Source: Heptranchias perlo (lineage: Eukaryota). Taken from it: a DNA stretch of 64,000 nucleotides. The notes beneath the pieces were generated by a model. It did no database searches. It saw only the letters and a program-made list of their open reading frames with translations, and had not been told where the DNA came from. The stretch lies in contig NC_090366.1 in NCBI RefSeq assembly GCF_035084215.1, positions 3,596,001 to 3,660,000 on the forward strand, in the 5' to 3' direction. Both the position numbers and the translations under genes were made by a program. Shown in pieces: positions 38,155-50,200 of the stretch (position 1 is the first letter of the stretch; each line of letters begins with the position of its first letter).

Positions 38155-40629
38155 CTGCAACAGAAAGCGGTGCGTTAGATATGGAGAGACTGGACCCTCT
38201 GAGAGTTAGCTTTCTGTACCAGAGTAAACGTCTTTATCCCATCTCTATGTGGACAGACTATTTCAACTAGATGGGTAAGGGAAAACAAGGGCCCATCATC
38301 GAAATACATAAAGGTAGTTTACATATCGGGAGGTTATTTTGTTCGGGCAAAGTGTCAATGATGCTTCGATCATCGATCTCTGCTGCCTTACTATGTTCCC
38401 ACTCAGTAACGAGAGCTTTTTGAGCTTTGCGTTGTACAAACATAAAAAAAGGCGGACAGGGAAAGTACCAACTGTCATGACGCTGGCGTTCTCTCCCACC
38501 ATCATGTAATCTCTCGCGAGATACAAAAAAAGAGATAAAAAGAACGAGGCCAATTCAGGGAAAAGAAATCCTTGCGGGGAGGTTTGCTAGCACTGTTGGG
38601 GGGTGGTGGGGTTAAACTAATTTTGCAAGGGGATGGGATACAGAGTGGAGCTACAATAGGGGGTGTTGTGCAGCCAAATATAGAGAAAAAAAAAATTCAG
38701 CTTGGAAGACAGGGCAAATATGTGAGGGCAAGGCTGGATGGCATCTATTTTAATGCAAGGAGTCTTGCGAATAAGGTGGATGAACTGAAGGTGTTGATAA
38801 ACACATGGGAGTATGATATTGTTGCTGTCACAGAGACATGGTTGAGGGAGGGGCAAGACTGGCTGCTCAATATTCCGGGGTACAGAATCTTCAGGCGAGT
38901 CAGAGGGGGAGGTATAAGAGGAGGGGGGTGGCAATATTAATTAAAGAATCAATTACTGCCATAAGGAGGGATGATATATTAGCAGGTTCCTCTAATGAGG
39001 CCATATGGGTGGAGCTTAAAAACAAAAAGGGGGCAAGCACTTTGATGGGAGTGTACTATAGGCCCCCAAACAGTCAGGGGGAGATAGAGGAACAGATATG
39101 TCGGCAAATCTCAGAAAATTGTGCAAATAATAGGGTAATAATAGTGGGGGATTTCAACTTCCCCAATATTAACTGGGATACTCAGAGTGTAAAAGGCTTA
39201 GAGGGTACAAAATTCTTAACGTGCATCCAGGAGAGCTTTTTGAGCCAGCATGTAGAAAGTCCTACAAGAGAGGGGGCGGTACTGGACATAATTCTAGGGA
39301 ATGTGGCCGGCCAAGTGGAAGAAGTGCTAGTAGGTGAACACTTTGGTGACAGTGACCATAATTCGGTGAGATATAAGGTGGTCATGGAAAAGGATAGCGA
39401 GGGGCCGGAAATAAAGGTTCTAAATTGGGGGAAGGCCGATTTTAATAGGATAAGGCAGGATCTGGCCAAAATGGACTGGGATCAGCTGCTTGTAGGAAAA
39501 TCCGCATCGGAGCAATGGGAGTCTTTCAGAAGGGAGATTGAGACCATACAATGGCAATATGTTCCCGTAAAGGTCAAGGGTGGTTCCAAGAACTCCAGGG
39601 AACCTTGGATGTCAGGGGATATACGAGAATGGATTAGGAAAAAAAGGACGGCTTTTGGCAGATACAAAAGGCTAAAGACGGAGGAAGCCCTAGAGGAGTA
39701 CAAAAAGTGCAGGGGGATACTTAAAAAAGAAATTAGGAGATCAAGGAGGGGCCATGAAATAACACTGGCGAGCAAAAGAAAGGAAAATCCTAAGATGTTT
39801 TATAAGTATATTAAGGGTAAGTGGATGACTAGGGGAAAAATAGGGCCCATTAGGGACAAAAATGGCAATCTGTGTGTGGAGCCGGCAGATGTAGGAGGGG
39901 TTCTAAATGAATTTTTTGCATCTGTTTTCACTATGGAGAAGGACGATGTAGACATAGAAATACGGCAGGGGGACTGTGATATACTCGAACATATTAACAT
40001 CGAGTGGGAGGAGGTATTGGCGCTTTTAGCAGGCCTAAAAATGGATAAATCCCCAGGCCCGGACGAAATGTATCCCAGGCTACTGTGTGAGGCAAAGGAG
40101 GAGATTGCGAGGGCTCTAACACAAATATTCAGAACCTCTCTGGCCACAGGGGATGTGCCAGAGGACTGGAGGACCGTTAATGTAGTACCATTATTCAAGA
40201 AGGGGAGTAGGGAAAAACCGGGGAACTGCAGGCCAGTGAGCCTAACATCAGTGGTAGGAAAATTATTGGAAAAAATTCTGAAGGACAAAATTAGTCTCCA
40301 CTTGGAGAAGCAAGGATTAATCAGGCATAGTCAACATGGCTTTGTCAAGGAACGATCATGTCTGACTAATTTGATTGAATTTTTTGAGGAGTTGACGAGG
40401 CGTGTGGATGAGGGTAACGCAGTGGATGTGGTACACATGGATTTCAGTAAGACCTTCGATCAAGTCCCCCACAGGAGACTGGTCAAGAAGGTACGAGACC
40501 ATGGAATCCAGGGTGCCTTGGCACTTTGGATACAAAACTGGCTTAGTGGCAGAAGGCAGAGGGTGATGTTCGAAGGTTGTTTTTGTGACTGGAAGCCTGT
40601 GGCCAGTGGGGTACCACAGGGATCGGTGC

Positions 40630-41164
40630 ACAGGAGGGCAGGAAAAAGAGTGGCAGAGCTATAGTGATAGGGGACTCGATTGTAAGGGGAATAGACAGGC
40701 GTTTCTGCGGACGCAACCGAGACTCCAGGATGGTATGTTGCCTCCCTGGTGCAAGGGTCAAGGATGTCTCGGAGCGGCTGCAGGACATTCTGGAGGGGGA
40801 GGGTGAACAGCCAGTTGTCGTGGTGCATATAGGCACCAACGATATAGGTAAAAAACAGGATGAGGTCCTACAAGCTGAATTTAGGGAGTTAGGAGTTAAA
40901 CTAAAGAGTAGGACCTCAAAGGTAGTAATCTCAGGATTGCTACCAGTGCCACGGGTTAGTCAGAGTAGGAATGACAGGATAGCTAAGATGAATACGTGGC
41001 TTGAGAGATGGTGCAAGCTGGAGGGATTCAAATTCCTGGGCCATTGGAACCGGTTCTGGGGGAGGTGGGACCAGTACAAATTGGACGGTCTGCATCTGGG
41101 CAGGACTGGAACCAATGTCCAAGGGGGAGTGTTTGCCAGTGCTGTTGGGGAGGGTTTAAACTAA
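40630..41164 (+). CDS. CR1 ORF1 C-terminal SGNH/GDSL esterase-like domain (partial)
   Basis: IGDSIVR, HIGTND and DGLHL blocks, characteristic of CR1 ORF1 esterase domains. Confidence 0.9.
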
Positions 41165-44112
41165 TGTGGCAGGGGGATGGGAACCGATGCAGGAAGCCAG
41201 TGGGAAATAAAGTGGTGACAGAAACAAAAGGCAGTAAGGGAGAGTGTACAGAACATGACCGGACAGATGGTCTGAGAAAGCAGGGCAAAGACCAAGGGAA
41301 GTCTAGATTAAACTGCATTTATTTCAATGCAAGAAGTCTGATGGGCAAGGCAGATGAACTCAGGGCATGGATGGGTACATGGGACTGGGATGTTATAGCT
41401 ATTACTGAAACATGGCTAAGGGAGGGGCAGGACTGGCAGCTCAATGTTCCAGGGTACAGATGCGATAGGAAAGATAGAGCAGGAGGTAAGATAGGAGGGG
41501 GAGTTGCGTTCTTGATTAGGGAGAACATCACGGCAGTAGTGAGAGGGGATATATCCGAGGGTTCGCCCACTGAGTCCATATGGGTAGAACTGAAAAATAA
41601 GAAGGGAGAGATCACTTTGATAGGATTGTACTACAGACCCCCAAATAGTCAACGGGAAATTGAGGAGCAAATATGTAAGGAGATTACAGACAGCTGCAAG
41701 AAAAATAGGGTGGTAATAGTAGGGGACTTTAACTTTCCCAACATTGACTGGGACAGCCATAGCATTAGGGGCTTGGATGGAGAGAAATTTGTTGAGTGTA
41801 TTCAGGAGGAATTTCTCATTCAGTATGTGGATGGCCCGACTAGAGAGGGGGCAAAACTTGACCTCCTCTTGGGAAATAAGGAAGGGCAGGTGACAGAAGT
41901 GTTAGTGAGGGATCACTTTGGGACCAGTGATCATAATTCCATTAGTTTTAAGATAGCTATGGAGAAGGATAGGTCTGGCCTAAAAGTTAAAATTCTAAAT
42001 TGGGGAAAGGCCAATTTTGATGGTATTAGACAGGAACTTTCAGAAGTTGATTGGGAGAGTCTGTTGGCAGGCAAAGGGACGTCTGGTAAGTGGGAGGCTT
42101 TCAAAAGTGTGTTAACCAGGGTTCAGGGTAAGCACATTCCTTATAAAGTGAAGGGCAAGGCTGGTAGAAGTAGGGAACCTTGGATGACTCGGGAGATTGA
42201 GGCACTAGTCAAAAATAAGAAGGAGGCATATGACATGCATAGGCAGCTGGGATCAAGTGGATCCCTTGAAGAGTATAGAGATTGCCGGAGTAGAGTTAAG
42301 AGAGAAATCAGGAGGGCAAAAAGGGGATATGAGATTGCTTTGGCAGATCAGGCAAAGGTGAATCCAAAGAGCTTCTACAAATACATAAAGGGCAAAAGGG
42401 TAACTAGGGAGAGAGTAGGGCCTCTTAAGGATCAACAAGGTCATCTAAGTGCGGAACCACAAGAGATGGGTGAGATCCTGAATGAATATTTGACATCGGT
42501 ATTTACGGTTGAGAAAGGCATGGATGTTAGGGAACTTGGGGAAATAAATAGTGATGTCTTGAGGAGTGTACATATTACAGAGAGGGAGGTGCTGGAAGTC
42601 TTATCGCGCATCAAGGTAGATAAATCTCCGGGACCTGATGAAATGTATCCCAGGACGTTATGGGAGGTTAGGGAGGAAATTGCGGGTCCCCTAGCAGAGA
42701 TATTTGAATCATCCACCGCGACAGGTGAGGTGCCTGAAGATTGGAGAGTAGCAAATGTTGTGCCTTTGTTTAAGAAGGGCGGCAGGGAAAAGCCTGGGAA
42801 CTACAGACCAGTGAGCCTGACATCTGTAGTGGGTAAGTTGTTAGAGGGTATTCTGATGGACAGGATCTACAGGCATTTGGAGAGGCAGGGACTAATTAGG
42901 AACAGTCAGCATGGTTTTGTGAGAGGAAAATCATGTCTCACGAATTTGATTGAGTTTTTTGAAGGGGTAACCAAGAAGATAGATGAGGGCTGTGCAGTAG
43001 ACGTGGTCTACATGGACTTCAGCAAAGCATTTGACAAGGTACCGCATGGTAGGTTGTTACATAAGGTTAAATCTCATGGGATCCAAGGTGAGGTAGCCAA
43101 TTGGATACAAAATTGGCTTGACGACAGAAGACAGAGGGTGGTTGTCGAGGGTTGTTTTTCAAACTGGATGCCTGTGTCCAGCGGTGTGCCTCAGGGATCG
43201 GTGCTGGGTCCGCTGTTATTTGTTATTTATATTAATGATTTGGATGAGAATTTAGGAGGCATGGTTAGTAAGTTTGCAGACGACACCAAGATTGGTGGCA
43301 TTGTGGACAGTGAAGAAGGTTATCTAGGATTGCAACGGGATCTTGATAAATTGGGCCAGTGGGCCGATGAATGGCAGATGGAGTTTAATTTAGATAAATG
43401 TGAGGTGATGCATTTTGGTAGATCGAATCGGGCCAGGACCTACTCCGTTAATGGTAGGGCGTTGGGGAGAGTTATAGAACAAAGAGATCTAGGAGTACAG
43501 ATTCATAGCTCCTTGAAAGTGGAGTCACAGGTGGATAGGGTGGTGAAGAAGGCATTCAGCATGCTTGGTTTCATTGGTCAGAACATTGAATGCAGGAGTT
43601 GGGATGTCTTGTTGAAGTTGTACAGGGCATTGGTGAGGCCACACTTGGAGTACTGTGTACAGTTCTGGTCACCCTATTATAGAAAGGATATTATTAAACT
43701 AGAAAGAGTGCAGAAAAGATTTACTAGGATGCTACCGGGACTTGATGGTTTGACTTACAGGGAGAGGTTAGACAGACTGGGACTTTATTCCCTGGAGAGT
43801 AGGAGGTTAAGGGGTGATCTTATAGAAGTCTATAAAATAATGAGGGGCATAGATAAGGTCGATAGTCAAAATCTTTTCCCAAAGGTAGGGGAGTCTATAA
43901 CGAGGGGGCACAGATTTAAGGTGAGAGGGGAGAGATACAAAAGGATCCAGAGGGGCAATTTTTTCACTCAAAGGGTGGTGAGTGTCTGGAACGAGCTGCC
44001 AGAGGCAGTAGTAGAGGCGGGTACAATTTTGTCTTTTAAAAAGCATTTGGACAGTTACATGGGGAAGATGGGTATCGAGGGATATGGGCCAAGTGCAGGC
44101 AATTGGGACTAG
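41164..44112 (+). CDS. CR1 ORF2: AP endonuclease + reverse transcriptase, uninterrupted (982 aa from the ATG at 41164)
   Basis: NARS, ITETW, GDFN, SDH (APE); KSPGPD, YRPVSL, DFSKAFD, GVPQGSVLGP, FADD (RT); TAATG stop/start overlap with ORF1. Confidence 0.95.
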   Translation: MWQGDGNRCRKPVGNKVVTETKGSKGECTEHDRTDGLRKQGKDQGKSRLNCIYFNARSLMGKADELRAWMGTWDWDVIAITETWLREGQDWQLNVPGYRCDRKDRAGGKIGGGVAFLIRENITAVVRGDISEGSPTESIWVELKNKKGEITLIGLYYRPPNSQREIEEQICKEITDSCKKNRVVIVGDFNFPNIDWDSHSIRGLDGEKFVECIQEEFLIQYVDGPTREGAKLDLLLGNKEGQVTEVLVRDHFGTSDHNSISFKIAMEKDRSGLKVKILNWGKANFDGIRQELSEVDWESLLAGKGTSGKWEAFKSVLTRVQGKHIPYKVKGKAGRSREPWMTREIEALVKNKKEAYDMHRQLGSSGSLEEYRDCRSRVKREIRRAKRGYEIALADQAKVNPKSFYKYIKGKRVTRERVGPLKDQQGHLSAEPQEMGEILNEYLTSVFTVEKGMDVRELGEINSDVLRSVHITEREVLEVLSRIKVDKSPGPDEMYPRTLWEVREEIAGPLAEIFESSTATGEVPEDWRVANVVPLFKKGGREKPGNYRPVSLTSVVGKLLEGILMDRIYRHLERQGLIRNSQHGFVRGKSCLTNLIEFFEGVTKKIDEGCAVDVVYMDFSKAFDKVPHGRLLHKVKSHGIQGEVANWIQNWLDDRRQRVVVEGCFSNWMPVSSGVPQGSVLGPLLFVIYINDLDENLGGMVSKFADDTKIGGIVDSEEGYLGLQRDLDKLGQWADEWQMEFNLDKCEVMHFGRSNRARTYSVNGRALGRVIEQRDLGVQIHSSLKVESQVDRVVKKAFSMLGFIGQNIECRSWDVLLKLYRALVRPHLEYCVQFWSPYYRKDIIKLERVQKRFTRMLPGLDGLTYRERLDRLGLYSLESRRLRGDLIEVYKIMRGIDKVDSQNLFPKVGESITRGHRFKVRGERYKRIQRGNFFTQRVVSVWNELPEAVVEAGTILSFKKHLDSYMGKMGIEGYGPSAGNWD

Positions 44113-44451
44113 CTTAGTGGTATAAACTGGGCGACATGGACATGTTGGGCCGAAGGGCCTGTTTCCATGTTGTAACTTCTATGATTCTATGATTCTATGA
44201 TTCTATGGGTCCCTTGCTGTTTGTGGTCTACATTAATGACTTGGATATGAATGTAAAAGGTATGATCAGTAAGTTCGCTGATGATACAAAAATTGGTAGG
44301 GTGGTAAATAGCGAGGAGGACAGCCTCAGTCTGCAGGACGATATAGATGGGTTGGTCAGATGGGCGGAACAGTGGCAAATGGAATTTAACCCGGAAAAGT
44401 GCGAGGTGATGCACTTTGGAGGGACTAACAAGGCAAGGGAATACACAATGA

Positions 44452-45220
44452 ATCATGGAATCATAGAATCATAGAAGTTACAACATGGAAACAGGCCCTT
44501 CGGCCCAACATGTCCATGTCGCCCAGTTTATACCACTAAGCTAGTCCCAATTGCCTGCACTTGGCCCATATCCCTCTATACCCAACTTACCCATGTAACT
44601 GTCCAAATGCTTTTTAAAAGACAAAATTGTACCCGCCTCTAGTACTGCCTCTGGCAGCTCGTTCCAGACACTCACCACCCTTTGAGTGAAAAAATTGCCC
44701 CTCTGGACCCTTTTGTATCTCTCCCCTCTCACCTTAAATCTATGCCCCCTCGTTATAGACTCCCCTACCTTTGGGAAAAGATTTTGACTATCGACCTTAT
44801 CTATGCCCCTCATTATTTTATAGACTTATATAAGATCACCCCTTAACCTCCTACTCTCCAGGGAAAAAAGTCCCAGTCTGTCTAACCTCTCCCTGTAAGT
44901 CAAACCATCAAGTCCCGGTAGCATCCTAGTAAATCTTTTCTGCACTCTTTCTAGTTTAATAATATCCTTTCTATAATAGGGTGACAAGAACTGTACACAG
45001 TACTCCAAGTGTGGCCTCACCAATGCCCTGTACAACTTCAACAAGACATGCCAACTCCTGCATTCAATGTTCTGACCAATGAAACCAAGCATGCCGAATG
45101 CCTTCTTCACCACCCTATCCACCTGTGACTCCACTTTCAAGGAGCTATGAATCTGTATTCCTAGATCTCTTTGTTCTATAACTCTCCCAACGCCCTACCA
45201 TTAACGGAGTAGGTCCTGGC
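44452..45220 (-). mobile_element. Second young CR1 copy (3' ~770 bp), inverted, nested in the host CR1
   Basis: Reverse complement almost identical to 43432-44206. Confidence 0.92.
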
Positions 45221-45954
45221 AAGACAGAGGTTCAGAGGGATCTTGGTGTGCAAGTTCACAGATCCCTAAAGGCGGCGGAACAGGTAGATAAGGTGGTAAA
45301 GAAGGCATATGGGATACTTGCCTTTATTAGCCGTGGCATAGAATATAAGAGCAAGGAGGTTATGATGGAGCTGTATAAAACACTGGTTAGGCCACAGCTG
45401 GAGTATTGTGTGCAGTTCTGGTCGCCACACTGCAGGAAGGATGTGATCGCTTTGGAGAGGGTGCAGAGGAGATTCACCAGGATGTTACCAGGGCTGGAGC
45501 GCTTCAGCTATGAAGAGAGACTGGGAAGATTGGGTTTGTTTTCCTTGGAGCAGAGGAGGCTGAGGGGGGACATGATTGAGGTGTACAAAATTATGAGGGG
45601 CACAGATAGGATGGATACGAAGGAGCTTTTTCCCTTCGTTGAGGGTTCTATAACGAGTGGACATAGATTCAAGGTAAAAGGCGGGAGGTTTAGAGGGGAT
45701 TTGAGAAAGAACTTTTTCACCCAGAGGGTGGTTGGAGTCTGGAACTCACTGCCTGAAAGGGTTGTGGAGGCAGGAACCCTCACAACATTCAAGAAGCATT
45801 TGGATGAGCACTTGAAATGCCATAGCATACAAGGCTACGGACCAAATGCTGGAATATGGGATTAGAGTAGACAGGGCTTGATGGCCGGCGCGGACACGAT
45901 GGGCCGAAGGGCCTCTATCCGTGCTGTATAACTCTATGACTCTATGACTAAATC

Positions 45955-46720
45955 TGGAAAATTTCTCTCTGAGCCCGAAGGTGAACGGAACGAGTTCCAG
46001 GAAATAACAGCGTCCATGAGATACATTACGCAACACCCCACTGGTGTTTTGTGTGCAGTCAAATTAGCCTCAGGAGGGAATTCGTTCAGTTCTCCTTTGA
46101 AATATTGCAGCGAAGTTACACTCGCCACATGAGCTGGCAACTTGATCCAAGCGTCTTTGACACTCTGCGACAAGATAAACGTCCCGATATCTAACCTGCC
46201 TTAAAGTTTATATCGCATTGTCCCTCGTTTTCCCTAACCTGTCGAGTTCAAATAATCTGTCCACACAGACACAGTCTAGTTCCTTCGTAATTTAAAAGAG
46301 AATTTCAATTAAATTGCTCCTTAGCCGACACTTTTCTGGAGTAAAAGGTCACAGCTCACTCGGGCAAGGGCACTTAAGGGCTTTTAAACCAGGTATCTCT
46401 CGGATGGCCCTCCGCTGAACCTTCTTTCAGGTACTCGACCTCACCCATCGCGTGAGGGGACCAAAACTGGACACAGTATTCCAAATGAGGCATAACCAGC
46501 GCCTTTATAAAGACTGTAAAGCTACTTTTCTTTTATTTTACACTGTTTCACCCTCACTAACCATCCAAGTATTCTATTATCCTTTGCAATGGCCTTTTCG
46601 CACTGGTCGTGCACATTCAGTGACTCGTGTACTGTAACACTTACATCACCTTCCCGCTCAATAGATTTTAATTCTCTACTCAGCATGGTATATACATATT
46701 TGATGTTAGCCCTACGTATT
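45955..46720 (-). mobile_element. Old CR1-like element, split by the host CR1 (other piece at ~38430-38570)
   Basis: W.KLP..V..FKGELNEFL-like RT terminus; the 3'UTR continues across the aaatc junction and resembles 14590-14700. Confidence 0.55.
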
Positions 46721-47156
46721 GGTCGGAAGAACGAGGAGCGGCAATATAAAGTAAATGATACAGTTTATAAGAGGGTGCAGGAACAGAGAGACATAGGAAC
46801 ATCAAAAAGATTGGAACAGGATTAGTGCAATCGCCCCCTCGAGCCTGTTCCGCTATTCGATGAAACATTGGCTGCTCCGTATCGTGACGTGGGAAAGATG
46901 TTTTTTGAGACCGTTTGATTTCAATAGAAATCCCAAACAGAGAAAATGTCAATGATTCCAATTACCAGGTCATGGCACACAGTGAGCATTTCAACACTTC
47001 CCTGTTAGCGGGTTGAGGGGAGCATTCCATCCTTTATAACAAGTTTCTGTAACACCTGTTTAACATTTGGATTGTGCATTTAATGTGACTCCCATAAACC
47101 AAACATCAGACAGATAACTCCAGCGGATTCTCAACAGATTCGATGTCCTCACATAC

Positions 47157-47239
47157 CTCAGTTAAATGGGCTCCGAACCAGAAGGCAAGTCATCGAGCCG
47201 CTGCCTGTAGGAGGGACACCAACAGGGACATTTAACATT
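47157..47239 (-). CDS. Gene C cytoplasmic exon ending in a stop 1 nt before the donor
   Basis: Aligns codon by codon with 21358-21271; ancestral cag acceptor is now caa, with AGs 1 and 3 nt downstream; RMLNVPVGVPPTGSGSMTCLLVRSPFN* g|gtatgt. Confidence 0.6.
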
Positions 47240-50200
47240 CTCTTGATTCAAAAAATACAAATGCTGTCTATCACGTAATTACTGGTAATTAGTTTTAATA
47301 AATCATCCAGTGTCCGTATGGTGAATCACGCGCGTGCACTATCGCAGCAGCGATTTGTTATCATAGTGGCCTTGTAGGTAGAGCACAGGAGGAGACCATT
47401 CGGCCCAGCGGGCCTGTGCCACCTCTTTGAAAGAGCTATCCAATTAGTCACATTCCACTGCTCTTTCCCCATTGCCCTGGATTTTTTTTCCTTCAAGTAT
47501 TTATCCAATTCGCCTTTGAAAGTTATTATTGAATTTGCTTCCACCGCCCTTTCAAGCGGAGCATTCCAGATCATAACAACTCGCTGCGGAAAAAAATATT
47601 TCCTCATGTCACTTCTTTTGCCGATCACCTTAAATCTATGTCCTCTGGTTACCGACCCTTCTGCCACTGGAAACAGTTTCTCCTTATTTACTCTGTTAAA
47701 ACCGTTCATGATCTTGAACACCTCCATCAAATCTCCCCTTAACCTTCTTTCTTCTGAGGAGAACAATCCCAGCTTCTCCAGTCTCTCCACATAACTGAAC
47801 TCCCTCATCCATTGGACTTCCTTGATTAGATGGAACCATATTTCAGTTCCGTTCGCTTTCTATCTCTACACTGCCATAATCCTTAAGGAACGTTTCTCTC
47901 GATCTGATAAAGTAGGTAAATTCTATCGTCATCTGCTTTGACATTCCCAAATTTAGTGTTCACTGTACAGTTTCTGAATGGTCGACTGAGCGCCGGCGAC
48001 TGATGCAAAGTATCTATTTGAAATCACATGTCCTAAACGTTGGCGTGAGTTTGCCCTGCAGTGTCCTGGAATGGCTCTGTGGAGTTTTTTTGTTATTACC
48101 TCCTGAGTCCTGAGTTTTCGATTGGCGTTTGTTTTAAGAACTTTGAACTTACAAGTGAAAGAGCTACGAACGCGCCATGGTCCAGAGTGGAGTTATTCTG
48201 GTCTATTACCAGAGCTGGGAGAAGGGATACACCGATCAGGGTCGATTGACACTCGGATATTGCCCTACTTTCACCACAGATTCACCCGACCTCCATTAAC
48301 CCTTCCCTCCACAACTGGTAGCTAACATTGATGTGCAATGCTTTCAGGTTTTAAGTATTTTAAGAAATATTTTCTCATAGGCTGAAATCCTGATGTCACA
48401 GTCCCTTTGAAATCTGTCTGACTAATTCATGAGTGTAAATAATTGTAAATCATACCTGTATGAATTCCTCTCTATCTTCACCATGGAAATGGCAGCAATC
48501 AGAATGAAAACTGCGACCGCTGTTCTTATTGCCATGACAATTTTCCATGAAATTGTTCCTAAAATATTCAGAAAAAAAGACCTTGCTGCTGACTATTGTA
48601 CTAAGATTACAACACGGTGTTCGGATAGCATTTATCCTCAAGTACCGGAATCTGTAAAGAAAGAACTCGCACTTCACGCCATCCCAAAGCGCTTTACAGC
48701 CAATGAAGTACTGCTGAAAAGTAGCCACTGTTGTAATGCAGGGAACGCGGCAGCCAAATTGCGCATGGGAAGATCCCACAAACAGCGATGAGGTAATGAC
48801 CTCGTGATCTGTTTTTAGTGATGTTGGTTGAGCGATAAATATTGGCCAAGACGCAAGGCGAGAATTTCCCTGCTCTTATTCCAAAGATTAAACAGTACAG
48901 TTTCGAAGTGCAGTCCCAGGAGGGTGTATATGCACATATTGTATCCTCGGATCTGTTTCCGTCCTATCCAATATTTCAATTCAGTCTGTAATCTGCTTTT
49001 TTCCAATTATCCCAGGTATTCTGGCTCCATTTGCAGGATTATCGCACTTTATATTCTTCTCAGAATATCGTCACGGTAACAATCCGAGGAGCAATCTGAA
49101 CTAGACATAAGAACTGCTTCATTAAACTGTGCGAACAGGATGGAACAGAGCTTGTATCAATTGACTGATAGACAGCAGCACGCAACGGTTACAGTGAGAG
49201 GAAACAGGACTTCATACAGCGTGTAATTAATTCAGCAGGTTCCGTTTTGTTGAAGATCGCACGCTACTTCTATTGTTGTATATTAATCCCTTCCGAACTC
49301 AACAAAATCCAGGCATCAGTAAACCTTGGCCGGGTTATGGAAAATCATTGACAAATTTAAAATGGATTATTCCGATTGCAACTTTCAGTGCGTCATTGGT
49401 CGGTGAGGGGCCAGACCCCTTTAGTTCTGAAATTATCCGTCGATTCTGTACTAAATTACTGGTGGATTTGGCAATTAACTGCCAAATGGAGCTGGTATTT
49501 GCTGACGCTAACACCGTTCACCTAATGACGGGCCAATAATCAAAGAACCTTTCTACAGTAATTAAATTGCTGCAAATATCAGGACTTACCTGCTGAATGG
49601 AGTTGATGTTTGCCGAAAGTAACGCCGTGCTCGTTTGCTGCAACACATGAGATCTGGTTTCCAGTACGAGTTGGGTGAGTCAGTGTCAGGGAGTTCGGCA
49701 CCAGGTGACCATTCACTGCCCAGGAGATAACTTCATCTGAACTGTTCCGAGTGATGGTTCTTCCATTGAGACCCCATGTGATATTTGCCGGGGGGTTGGC
49801 TCTGACACTGCAGGTACAATCAATCCCACTCTCAGAAATGGTGCAGTTCGGGCCTGATACTACTGAAGGTTTATCTAAAAAAAAGAGGCAATTTCAACTT
49901 CAGGTAGTTTTCATCAAGCAGTTTGCAGTGTCTAAGTAGAACCGATTTGGACCTTTAGACTAACCAGAGAGGTTACTGCACAGCCGTGTTTAATTGGAGC
50001 CATACAAAGATACATTCGTTTAATGGATCATCAGATTTTGCTTTTTGCGAAATTCTAGCAATCAATAACTCAGTTATAAGTTCACATCGAACCAATGAGC
50101 GGTCATTTGATCCATTTATCTTCATGCTGTGGGCGATTACTCGGTTAGAATACTGTAAACAATACAGACTAACTCACCTCAACTGTCCGTTCTGGTAAAA

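Larger units (their letters stand above)
40630..44206 (+). mobile_element. Young CR1 LINE (5'-truncated in ORF1) nested in the host CR1
   Basis: ORF1 esterase part, intact ORF2, 3'UTR and (ATTCTATG)n tail. Confidence 0.95.
38571..45949 (+). mobile_element. Host CR1 LINE in three pieces (38571-40629, ~44205-44452, ~45221-45949)
   Basis: End of ORF1, then APE and RT up to GVPQGSV, resuming as GPLLFVVYINDLD..FADD and then QRDLGVQVH..GYGPNAGIWD; (ACTCTATG)n tail; candidate TSD aaatc at 38566-38570 and 45950-45954. Confidence 0.9.

Noticed and set aside
38838-40664. 608-aa ORF as an independent protein
   Set aside because: It is host CR1 ORF2, frameshifted at its start and cut by the nested insertion.
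39182-45828. Antisense ORFs over the LINEs (and over gag/pol at 60270-63346)
   Set aside because: Shadow frames of retroelement coding sequence with no independent motifs.
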